This document shows positions 15,707 to 27,800 of a stretch of 64,000 nt of DNA, one piece after another. Position numbers and translations under genes: made by a program. Each line of letters starts with the position of its first letter. The stretch's first letter is position 1. Below the pieces are notes generated by a model. That model ran no database searches. It saw only the letters and a list, made by a program, of their open reading frames with translations, and had not been told where the DNA came from. This DNA comes from Sphaerodactylus townsendi (taxonomy: Eukaryota): contig NC_059427.1 of assembly GCF_021028975.2 (NCBI RefSeq), positions 71,548,001 to 71,612,000 of the forward strand, given 5' to 3'.

Positions 15707-18654
15707 ACTGGGCTGAAAACTGACTGGGTTCTCAGGAGCTGGACTCACTAGATCCTCATTCCTGCCTTACTGAATCAACTTGAGACAGGAAGAAATGGAC
15801 CAAGTTTGCTCCCTTCATGTCCTGGCTCTTCTCCTTCCTACTGTATTGGAGTGGCCTTTCTAGGCCTTTCTTCAAACTGGGTTCCATCCTTTCTCCTCTG
15901 TCCCTATAGTCCTAGGTCCTATGTGGAGAACATTCTTAACCCTGCATTTTGCACTGGAGCTTGGAGGGTTGGGTTCCTCTTCTCCAAACTGCAGCTGCCT
16001 AACTTGGGCTTATTTTTATCTCCTGTTCTTCTCTTCCAACCTCTCTTCCATGTTGCATGTTTCCAACAGAGCAAAATTGAACATTTTCTTTCATTAAGAA
16101 TATGTCTCTGTAGGAAGAGGATGACCTGGGATGTTTGGAAATGACCAGATGGAAAGTTTGAGAAAATTGGTGAAAGTAGAGCTCAGTTAAAAGTTCGTTT
16201 GCTGTGGCTACCTCACAAGAATCCATGTGGTTTTTTTAATGCCTGAGTGGAAAAAGAAAAGGGTATGTGGATAAGTTTTCAGAAGGCCATCTCTTAACAG
16301 GTCACTTTTCTTCTCTAGAGGAATACAATTAGCAGGTCTGTTCCTGATACCGTCCTTGAGCTGGAAGTGGGGATGCTTACAAGACGGTGAACATTATACC
16401 CAGAAGGCAGTATTCTGCACTCATATGCCCAGCTCTGTGCAGTTCATAATAAAACTGTAGTGGTACATGGCCTCAGCTGATTACTGGAGTATCCTGCCAT
16501 GTTCAGCAGGCACCACGCTAGAGACTTCAGGACACGAAGATTGTGTTGTGCTGGGAAGTTTAAGCTCAGCTGTGCAGTAGAGCTGCCTGCTAGACTAAAT
16601 ATTTTCTTGTTTGTTTCTGTCTCTCCTCGTCAATTCATTCTTGCATAGCTTTAGCTCTTAAATGCCACTTATTCCCCTCGGGAGTTGAGCAGTTGAGAGA
16701 GCAAATGAACATGGTCAAAGTCTGGGGTGAGATTCATGGTATACAAAGAACAGACTTGGCTGCCTTTTGGAAAATCATTTTCTGTCAATTCCCAATTTGC
16801 AAAGTGAGATTGCAGTTACACTCTAAAAAGACTGTTAATAAAAGATAGTTTCGAAGAACATCTGAGCATCTCACTTTTGGGGCACATTGTGTGATATTTA
16901 TGTATCTGAATGGCCTAAAGCTACATGGCTTCCACAGATACCTTCTTTTTGGCCAGGACATTTCTAGCAGTACATGCGTGATTGACAGCCGTCTGATAGA
17001 GGAGGCTGTACAGTGATCAGAGTTGTTGGTGTTGGATGTGAGATGACATTTAATGTCTGTTGTTGGGAGCAGACATGTTGTTGTAATGTTTCCTTTACCT
17101 CTACATCATTTCCTTCTTATTTATTATGAACTAGTTCTGTTATTTATAGTTGGAGAATGGCCTTATGGTCTTTTATCCTACTGCACTGAACCAGGTTTGG
17201 TTTACCAAATCTTTCTCAATAAACGTTTACCTAGTTCAAATGACTTGAGCATTGTGTATAGTGTTTATTGAGGGAAGAGGGAATAAGCACTATGCAAAAT
17301 AGTACTGCCTGTGCTGTTAGTGAACCCTCATTTAGATTGACTCATAAAAGCTGTCTTGAGTCAGAAGAGAAGACTTCCAGGCTACACAGCAGATATGTAC
17401 TTTTCCACATGCTGCTTGTCCAGTGGGAATGAGGTTGCAAGTGAATTGTCACATTCTTGAGTCAGCATACTAACTACATGCTAATCAGAAAAATTAAGGG
17501 GTGAGAGCAGAGATGGATCAAGATGAAGATGTTTGGAAGCAGCCCATTTTGGAGAACACCTACAGAACAAGGAAGAAGAGCATCAATACCTCTTCCAGTT
17601 ATCCAGTTCACTTTGCTTCTGGTTGTAACTGCTTCTGTTCAGAGCTGGATTTCTCTATTTTTTCACTCATTCAGATGATGTGTTCTAATGTTACACGTAA
17701 GAATTTTCCTATCACAATTCTGGATTCAAAGCCTTGCTTCTAGCACTCCTCTCTTTATCTCATAGTCCCTGGCTATGTGAAGAGTAAATGTTTCAGAGAT
17801 CTCTAATTGTTTTTGGTATCCTCTGGGGCTATTGATCAAATTAGCCAGCCTCCCTGTAAAGTGCTCCCCTTGCTGTTGTCTTCCAAAGCTGATGTTGCAA
17901 TATATACTCCATTATTTACATATTGATTGTATGAAGTTTCTTCCGATGTAAAAGGTTCATTAGGATGGACTCTCTCCAGGTTTTTTAAATTAGTTTTTAA
18001 GTGGCAGCCTGAAACTGAATATGAAATTTAAGAAAGGCTTGTCTTGCTAATATATGGGCATTGTCTCAGTGTTTATTATGTATACCCAAGTAATGATCAG
18101 GGCCATCTTCCCAGCCTTGCTTTTGAGTGGTTTCCTAGATCCCAGTGTGGTATACTAACCGTTATATCATGCTGGCATTTTATTACAGTATTCTACAGCC
18201 TAGTTATAGACAATAAAATGCACATGCCCAATGGTTTCTAAGTTCCAGCAAAGAGTATGTTCTTTATACAGCATAAACTTATTAATGCAAATATTTTAGT
18301 TGTTTCAGGTAATGGCACATTCTGAAAACAGCTTGTGGGTAATATCTGGTGAAATCTCAAAAACTTGGCAGCACTGAATAATAATTCTAGTTTTAATGGA
18401 GCAAAATAGAGTCCTGACTTTTTGTTTGATCCTTTCCATCACGGTCAGGACAATGTTGAGTAGGCTGGCATTTTGTAATAATACTGGCATCAGTAATGCA
18501 GATCTTGTTGTATTTTTACTTTTGGTTAATTCTATTTTAAAATGATTTGAAAATTGTAAGCCTCTTTGGGTCCTGCGTACTGTTGGAGAAAAGTGGCCTA
18601 TATTCAGAGAGAGTGGTGGGATCACCCAGTACATTCGATTAATTAGATTAGTCA

Positions 18655-19862
18655 CAAGGCCGTAGGTAAGGGGGGGGGGATTTCTCGGGTTCAACCCCCC
18701 CCCCCATTGCATGTCCGAAGCTCTGTCCCCCCCCTGTTTGTGGCTTTTTTGTAGTTTAAAGTTTTGGGGTTTTTTTGGCCTGCAGGGGACGCAGTTTTTA
18801 GGTTAGTGGCACCAAAATTTCAGGCTATTGTCAGGTGAAACTCCTGATGATACCAGCCAGGTTTGGTGAAGTTTGGTTCAGGGGGTCCAAAGTTATGGAC
18901 CCCCAAAGGGGGTGCCCTCCTCCCCCATTGTTTCCAATGGGAGCTAATAGTTGATGGGGCTACCTTTTTAAGGGTCCATATCTTTGGACCCCCTGAATCA
19001 AGCTTCACTAAACCTAGGTGGTATCATCAGGATAGTCTCCTGCTGACACCACCCAAGTTGCTTCAGGGGGTCCAAAGTTATGGACTCCCAAAAGGGGTGC
19101 CCCATCCCCCATTGTTTCCAATGGGAGCTAATAGAAGATGGGGGCTACACCTTTGAGAGTCCATAACTTTGGACCCCCTCAACCAAACTTCACCAAACCT
19201 GGGTGGTATCATCAGGAGAGTCTCCTAACGATACCCTGAAAGTTTGGTGCTGCTAGTTTAACAATTGCACCCCTGACAGCAGGCACCCTCCAAATTTCCC
19301 CAGATTCTCCTTTTAAATCACCCCCCCCCCTTTGGCATGGATTTAAAGGGAGAATCTGAGGTCCCCAGATTAAACATTGAAAGTGATGCTGTTTCAGGGT
19401 GGGGGAAAACCCCAAAACATCACTTGCAATGTTGTTTTAACTGGGGACCCCAGATTTGCCCTTTAAGATGGATTTAAAAGGAGAATGTGGCCTCCCTAAT
19501 TTAAACACCATTGAAAGTGATGCTGTTTGGGGTGGATTCCAGCATTACACCAGCCGCCCATGGGGTGTGTGCAAACCTCAGATTTTGCACCAGACTCCAT
19601 TTTCCCTAGCTACCACTCTGCCTGGAGGGAAGGGAGAAGGGACTGTTGGCTACTAGCTGGGAGCCCAGCTGGTGGTGGGGCGGGGGGGGGGCAGGGCAGG
19701 GCAGGGCAGGGGAGTCTGCTGCCCCTGGCCTTGGAGAGCTGCTTTTATAAGTACTGAGGCCAGGGGTGGGGATTGGGGAGGTGTGGCCATGCCCCCAGGG
19801 GCGGGCGGGGGCGTGGCCTTGCCCCCCAAACCCCCCATAAAAAATCTATACCTATGTCACTG
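18655..19862. mobile_element. Non-autonomous hAT element (1.2 kb) with internal tandem palindromic units
   Basis: Perfect 8-bp TSD ATTAGTCA (18647-18654, 19863-19870); imperfect TIRs caaggccgtaggta / tacctatgtcactg; two roughly 200-bp self-complementary units at about 18835-19040 and 19045-19225. Confidence 0.85.
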
Positions 19863-20211
19863 ATTAGTCACATAATTTAGCTTTGTTGGCTGAGAGTTCA
19901 GGATATTAAATCATAATTAGTAGAGCTAAATATTGTAACACTCTGCCTCTGTACTGTGGCTGTGATAGGATCTTGTGCATGAAGTAAGTGTGATATAGGG
20001 ACTAGAAATTAGCATCTTCATGGTCCATATGCAGAACTGATAATGATGTGTCTTATACTTGTCCACAGACTTCTCCAGAGTATCCCCTTTGCATCTGCAA
20101 GGCTGTAGTAATGGCAGAAAGTGTTGTTGAGTCCCAGCCAGCTTACAGCAACCCTGTGGCATTTCCAGCACAAGAGACATTCAGCAGGGGTGATTTGCCA
20201 TTGGGTGCCAC

Positions 20212-20320
20212 TCTAGCAACCCTGGGCTTCTTTAGTGGTCTCCTATCTAAGTACTAACCAGAGTTGACCCTGCTTAGTTTTCAAGGTTTGACAATATCAG
20301 GCTATTGTAGGCCATTCAGG
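20212..20320 (-). pseudogene. 5S rRNA-derived pseudogene / SINE3 head
   Basis: ggtctcctatctaagtactaaccagagttgaccctgcttag is a degenerate reverse complement of the 5S internal control region (CTAAGCAGGGTCGGGCCTGGTTAGTACTTGGATGGGAGACC). Confidence 0.75.
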
Positions 20321-21299
20321 TCACAGCTTGTAGGGCTGTATGGAATACCAGACTAGGAGCTCTGTATAGGATTTCCAGAACTACAAAGAACAATTTGAAG
20401 ACCTTGTGGTTTGGAATTAAGGACTTCTCAACCTGCAGGCGTAAGGTTTCAACACAGCAATGCAGCGTGAAAGTTTCATGTTCCCTTATTGGATTGGGAT
20501 CTCCCAGGTTACAGTGTGGGACCTCCCTTCTTCATACTTTAGCTACAGAGAAAGTAGGGATGTGTAGATAGTACCAGAAATCCAGTTTTAATCGGTTTCC
20601 ATTTTGTTTCCAGGATCAGTTGAAAAACCTTTTAACATTTTTAAACTGTGGAGAACTGACATTCATCCAGTCTCACCTCTTGAACCCACCTAGCAGCTAA
20701 GAACTTCCATATCTTTCAGTGTGAATGGAACACAGAAGCAAGTGGGTTTCTACCAGAGATGGGGCTTTTTCTCTGGAGGTCCCCTAAGCTCTGTTTCTGG
20801 ACATCTTCAGCCAGTTTCATCTCTGTTAGCATCTGGCAAAAGTCTTTCTCCTCTTGTGTTTTAATAGTATTTAACATTTGTCCATCTGGGCTTGCTTATT
20901 TCAGTGCCTAGCCCGCTGTTTGCTACAACCACCGCTAGCAAATATAAAAAACAGATAGAAAATAAAATCAATAATAAAACGATACAATTATGTGTATAGT
21001 TTTGTTTTTACTTTCTGCTTGTTTTGTACTTTTCTGTTTTGTAAACTACTCTGAAGGATCAATGTAGCAAAATGGAATATAAATGACAAGTGCCCCTACG
21101 CTGGCCTCTTTCAAATGAAGGATGTCACAGAGAGCTGAGTGGCAGAGCACTTTCGTCGTCTGAAGAAGCTCTCGAGCAAAGTCACAGGTCGGTAGTTCAG
21201 AGGATATCCGGAATGCTGACATAGGACCGCCGCCTGCCTGTCACAACACTGAGCTAGATGGACCAAAAGAAGCCAGCTTCCTCGGTTCTTTGCATAACT

Positions 21300-21830
21300 A
21301 CGTAGTTGAACATAACTATGAGCGCCGGGGCAGCAGGGAGTGGCAGGTCCGCTTTCAGCAGTGATCCACTGGATCGTCCCCGATCTAAGAAAGCCTGCAC
21401 CAATGGTCTTGAGAAGTGCTTGGTTGCCCCCTTGGCTCGTGCAAGGCTTCGCTCGGTCGCCGGGGTTGGGACTACAGTTCCCAAGCTCCTCCTGGGAATC
21501 GGCCGCCGAGGACAGGGTCCGAGTGGGTGGGAGGGAGGCAGAGAGGGGAGGGAAGGCGTTCCCCAGCCATGTCGTCGGGGCGCTGGATGGCTGGACGGAT
21601 GCTGCGGGCTGGGGCTGCGGTGCGGGGGGTGCCTCCGCGCTTGGGGATCGGCGTCCCCACTCTACGGGGCAAGCGGGGCTACGCTGCTGGGCAGGTGAGC
21701 AGAGGGGCCCCTTCTCCCACCCTTGGGCGAGAGCGGGACAGTCTTGTGCAGGGTTGCTGCTGCTGGGGAAGACGCGAGCTCGGTGGCACTCCTAAGAGTA
21801 TTGGTGTGGGAGCAAGCGCCGCTCCATAAC
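21300..21830 (+). promoter_or_regulatory. AMT CpG-island promoter
   Basis: CpG-rich; GGGACTACAGTTCCCAAG (21468-21485) is the ACTACAnnTCCCA ZNF143/THAP11-type motif; CCAAT at about 21400. Confidence 0.7.
21569..21694 (+). CDS. AMT: AMT exon 1 (mitochondrial presequence)
   Basis: gccATG; [20 protein letters not shown]...YAAGQ/gtgagc. Confidence 0.88.
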
Positions 21831-24800
21831 ATTTATGAGATATTTTTTTTAAGTGTTGCATTGCTAAAGCAGGAGGCGGGATGCTACTTCTGTTTCGACA
21901 GGACCCCGTAGCTGAAGCGGTCCAACACTTTGTGCTGGAGGAGGTCAAAGGGAGGAGGGGGATGTCGCCCGAGAAAATTTCCAAAATGGCATAAATCCAG
22001 ATATGTTAGATGCATTCTTGCCCGAGGCTGTATTTGAGTTTGACACCTGTTTAGACACTCCCCGGTTGATCTTTGCTTCGCCGAAAACGGGAAGACACTC
22101 TGGGCAGGGAGCGTTGCCTTCACGCTGGCAAACTTCAGACAGCGCTGGCAAATGCCCCTGTCTGGACTTTCACCATCTGAACTGACTGCTATCTTGTGAG
22201 AGTTTCCTGCGGTTTTGCTGAGATTGCTGATGTCCCTTGAAACAGATATTTGACCAAGGAGTCTTCCACTGAAGATGGAAATGCTGCAAGCACCCAAAAG
22301 CAAGCAATCTCTCCCTTTCTTGTAGCATGTTCACAAGTTGCAATGAACATATGTACAATCTGTGTATAGTGTACAATTGATATTCCTTTCGATATGTGCT
22401 GAGTTATCCTGTTGTGACATTCAGTGTATGTACAGCTGAGTGTGTGAATTGAAGCTCTCATTTACCCAGGTACTAGTCCCTGGATTCATCTGAATCTCAG
22501 CTCTTTCTTATGGACGGGGATATACAGTACATGCAGGATATACATGTTCACTGTAACATACAAATTGGGCTACAACAGGGAAAGTTATTCTTCTTGTAGC
22601 CTTTCAATATCAGAGGGAGTACCTGTTTACATCTGCCCAGGGGGTATATTTTGTTAAGAAATATTTTGCTCAATGGTGCAGAATCAATAGAATGGCTGAG
22701 CGAAGTATTTACAGGCTTCAACTGAAGAAATGACCAGTGTTAAGGGGTCGTATGAATTAAAAGAAGATGCCTTCCACATATAGTCCCAACTAGAAGCACT
22801 ACTAGTAGCCTGCAGCACAAACACTCAAACTATCCCCATTAATCAGTATTTGGATAATCACGATTTCTCACTACTAATGCAAGAACATTGGGAATAAGCA
22901 TAGGGACAGCTCACTTTACATGGCTGGGCATTTGTCTTGTAGAAGTACAGATCTACACTATCCATTCTTTCAACTGTAAGCAATTTCTCTCCTGTGACTT
23001 TTTTAAAACCATGAATGGTGCTGCAGTAAGAAAGTCTGTACACACAGGCAGTTGTCATTACCTGCTATACTGAGGAAAACTGAAAATAGGATTTATCTGG
23101 AGATAATCACGACTTAACTTTCAGCCATAAACACGTAGCCCAGAGCTTAACTGGCTGAGAAAGTGTACCTGGTGTGCTGGCTGAGGTACCTGGCTGAGAA
23201 AGTGACAACAGAGGAGACTTGCTTACCTGTGAGGGGTCCAAAGGGCGGGCTCTCTTTTCCCTCTTGATGTTGGCCTTGTTATAAAGCACTAAGCAAACAC
23301 GGCTCACTACAAAGGTCAGAGGCACTCCGACAGAGCTGCCCCTTGCCACCAAAGTATTCTTTATAGTGAAATATGCCAAGGTTAGCCTTTGGTATATTTT
23401 GTTGTAAAACATATGGAGTGGTCAGATGTGGGCATACTGCCACCCTCTTCAAATATTGTAATGCCAAAGGTTTTGAACTTATTCCAGCTTCTTTCTGAAG
23501 ATAGGGCTGGGTGTGTGGGTCAACAACTGTGCTGCCCCTTATGTGGGGATGAGATGGTAGCCTTCTGGATTGTATATCTCAAGGCTGCAAATATAGGGGC
23601 AATTTTTAAAAAATGTACCATGATTACAAAAAATCCTCAAAGTATGGAGAAAGTTAGCATAGCCCTTTCTGTCATGTGCTCATTTACTGTAACTGAAGAC
23701 TATACTGTAGCCCTCTGGCTTGCACATTATGGTACAACACTTGAGCCATGTAGGTTGGTAGGGTGGAATCCTGGGTGTGAAGCCAACATATCAAGATTAT
23801 CCCTGAAAGCAATTCATGCCAGAAAGGAGCCCCAAGACACCTGTTGGCAGGCACATCTTGCCTTCTGCTCTTTTTTGCCCTCTGGACTTCTTTCTGACAC
23901 CACTTGTTCCTCTTGGTTACCTTTCTCAAGGACTGTGTGAACTCTGAGACAGCAAGAGGGTGTAGGGGTGAGCCTGTGAACCCGGCAGAACCGTAGAAGG
24001 AGCGCTAGGCATGCCGGTGCCTGCTACGGCCTTCCGGGCGCACACGCTCCCCCAACCCCCGCTCCCCCATGAGTCACGGGTCGTGAACTGCCTGACCCGC
24101 GGTCACCAGGTGTCCCACACAAAGGGACACAACGGCTCCTGCCCTCAGGTGAAGATTAGGCCCAGACATGGATGCTTCCTCCCGCACGTAGCAGCCCGAT
24201 GAGATCATGCATCACATGATGATCTCCCGCTCTCCCGCTCTCCCGACCTCCCGTTGTCCCGCCTGCCCGACCCCTTTTACACGCCCCCATTGAAACCCTA
24301 ATAAAAGGTGTGAGGGGCGAGCGCACGGCAGAGTTGCCAGGATCACGGGATCCCGCACTTCCTGCTTGCTGGCTCTCTCCACCAGATGAAATCTCCGCAT
24401 GTCGTCTCTTCCCTGGGACCTCGTGGGTACGACTACAGAGGGTCCTGCAGATTTAGCAAAATCAGCATTGTGAGCCTTGAGCAATCCAGGACTGCACCCA
24501 GAGGGGTCAGCATAGTTGGAAGCTGGGGAGGGCAAGAACTGTGTTGTGCACATTCCTGGAACAGGACTGAGATGGGTCTGGTATGGGAGTAGCTATGATG
24601 TAAGTAGACAAATGTGCTGGACTGTGATGATTACATGTGGGTGACTGACCATTGGTGCTCACTTCCTCTGTAGGACAGCCTGAAGCGAACACCTCTTTAT
24701 GACTTTCACCGGCACCATGGTGGAAAGATGGTGGATTTTGCTGGCTGGAGCCTACCTGTGCAGTACACTCGCAGCCACTTGGAGTCCCACCTGCACACGC

Positions 24801-27800
24801 GTCAGCAGTGCTCACTCTTTGATGTGTCTCACATGCTGCAGGTAAGGTCTGAAGGAGCGGCTGGCCACAGAAGAAGGACCCTGCCTTACTGCCATAGCTT
24901 CTCTTGTTCTTCACCACATTTAATCCCCAAATACATCACTAGTGACCAATTTTAAACCTGACCAGTGTTGATCAGCCATGGCCCATGCAGATACCTTTCA
25001 AAATGTGGTGATCCTTATGGTCCTGCCCCTGTGCCCCACTATGTTGAGCAGGTTTTTTTTAATTAGTCTTCAACAAGTGCTTTGGGGGAATTATAGCAGC
25101 ATTGTGAGAGGTCTGAGCTGATTTGCAAGGACTTAAGAGAGCTGGGGAAGGATGATGGATGCCAACTGAATGGGCTGACTTAGCTCAGGGCTGGTAAAAT
25201 ACGCTCTGCGGTGTGATCCATGTATGCAGAGGTGGGTATTTAATTCAGACAGCAGAGCAGTAGGCATTGTGTTGGTAATTTGTACCACGGTCTCTGCTTT
25301 TCATGGAAACTTTTAGCGGAATTAAAACATGGTCTGACCTTTTAATGATATTGCCGGACTCCTATGGTTAAATGCAGTTGGCACCACATTTAAGTGGTTC
25401 AAACAGCAATGAAAACTAATTGTGACACAGTACATTTTCCTATCACTAGGACTTGCTGCATGCACTCCTGGACTAATTAATGCAAGCCAGTTCATATTCA
25501 TATCATTAGCCATTGTTGATGATACCTGCTAGTCTGAGACCTAGCACTAATTTCTGCTGATGGCATTCTGACCTACTAACTTCTGCTCCAGTTCAAAATA
25601 ACTTCTCACCAGTGCTGCTCTTGGAAAATGGGAACCCCCAGGATCATGGAGGGGGGGGGGGGCTGGGAAGGCTGAAGAATGTAGCAAGCAAAGGAAACAA
25701 GCAAAAATCATCCCCACCTCCATCAGCAGAAATACTGCAGGAGAACTAACCTTACATTTGGACTTTTTGCTGGCAATTCTTGCCATATTGTACAACCCAG
25801 CTGCACCAAACCATGCAGTTGCCGGCTAGGCAGTAGTCCCATGCCCAGCTCTGGAACCTGACCATGTCCTGGGTACTACATAACATGTGGGCAATGTGAC
25901 TTTATTGTCCTTCACAGACTAAAGTGTTTGGCAGAGAGCGGGTGAAGTTCCTGGAGAGCCTGGTAGTTGGGGACATTGCAGAACTGAAGCCAGATCAGGT
26001 ATGTTGGAGGCCTGTGAGTTCGAGACAGATGTGGTCCAATGGACAACATGCTGGGATTATAGATGAGACTCTCAAGTTCACATACTTCTTGACCAGATTT
26101 TTTTAGCAAGTTGGTTCTGGTCATGATGCTGTAAGATGTGGAATGGAGGTCTCTTGCTTTAAGCAGCAGGAAACCAGGAGCCCAATTCAGATTGAGATTG
26201 TGATGTGAGGTTTAAGCCTCCTCCCTCATGCCATTTTTCTGACCTGAAAGAGCCACATTCATGTATCTGCCACAATAGGGCAAACAGCATCTCCATGCAG
26301 TCATTTCAGTTGAGGAAAACAGTTTGTACCACGGTCCCAACCAAGACCCTGTTCACATGTTCCTCTAAGAAAATGGAGTGCTGACTGAGGGCTCTGTTCA
26401 TGGAACTGCCATGACTAGTCTGGTCTTTAGACTGACTGATCACAGGGCAACTGAGAAGGCAAAATTAGGCAGTGATATATTGTAACCTTCCCTGAGCCCA
26501 CGAGATGGAACAGGGGAACAAATGTAAATAAACATAATGCATGAATTTCTAATTACGATCAACTATAGTGTGCCTGAAGCATTTTTCATTATTTTTTGCA
26601 AGCTGTAACCCAGCATTGGATTACCGGGGGGTGGGGTGGGGGGAGCAGTACTGTACTACAGTTTGTAGTACCTCTGTTTCCAGAATAGATGGCACAAAGG
26701 TGTACTGCCCAGTACCCAAAAGCAAATTATTAAAATGATCACAGAATATCCCTGTGGCTCTTAATCTCTTAAAAACAACAACAACACACTAGGGCTGGTG
26801 GCTTTGTTATCACACAAATATAGGAGAAACCTTGAACAAAAATCTGTGTAGTAGGGGGGAGTTGATGTCACAGTCCATGATTAATGGGTGTCTGGAATTT
26901 TTGCGCATTTACACTCTGCACAGCAATAGCCAACATAAGTGATGCACCATGGTGGCTGCGAAGACAATGGCTGCCTTTCCTGCCCCTGACTTTGATCCTT
27001 TATTATTGAATTTCTACCCATGACCGATTGTCCAGTGACACTTTTTAGTCTAACAACTGCCCATGACACCTATTTCAATATAAGCTTTATTCTTGTTGTT
27101 AGTCTTTAAGATGCCAGTAGACTTTTGTTTTGCTGCAACAGTTGACTTAAAAAGGCTGGTCATTAGAGTCAGGCTGAGACCAGTTTTATTTCCAGGGCAC
27201 TCTGTCTCTATTCACGAACGAAAAAGGAGGCATCCTAGATGACTTGATTGCGACAAGCACTTCAGAGCAACACCTCTATGTGGTCTCCAACGCAGGCTGC
27301 AGGGACAAAGATTTAGCCCTCATGCAGGTATGTTTCCAGCCAGGTTCACCCGGGGAGGAAGCAACACAAAAAACTGGGATGACAGGTAAGCAGTTACTTC
27401 TGTTATTCTTGGTGACTTGATTTGTCTCTCTCCTGCAGATGTTGAAGTCTGATTACAGGAAGGATGGGATGGGATGGACGAGGAGAGACTGTCCCTAGGT
27501 TGTATGATCTTGCTGCCTTTCTTGTTTCTTCTTGCAGGACAAGGCAAAAGAAATGAAAGCTGCTGGATATGATGTCGATGTAGAAGTTTCAGAGAATGCT
27601 TTGCTTGCTCTGCAAGGTACATCTAACCTCTGCAACTATCATGCTAACAAAACTGGAGAAATGTGTATTCCAGTAACAGGACCAGACACTCACCTTGTGA
27701 AAGAATGCACTGAACTTTCAGTGCCTATTGTTCTGAAAGAGTTGGAGTTTGTGGCTACTTTTCTCAACTGTAAGGAGTCTCAAGAAAGCTTACAATGGCC

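Noticed and set aside
18835-19225. CRISPR-like repeat array
   Set aside because: Units are long palindromes without unique spacers, inside a TSD-flanked transposon in a vertebrate genome.
20212-20320. Functional 5S rRNA gene
   Set aside because: Many substitutions and missing ends; a retrocopy or SINE3 relic.
21254-22461. Cluster of overlapping ORFs at the AMT 5' end
   Set aside because: Only 21569-21694 fits the gene; the rest are GC-driven open frames with no recognisable domain.
23389-23940. 183-aa intronic ORF in AMT intron 1
   Set aside because: Non-ATG start, no domain or splice support, intron-like composition.
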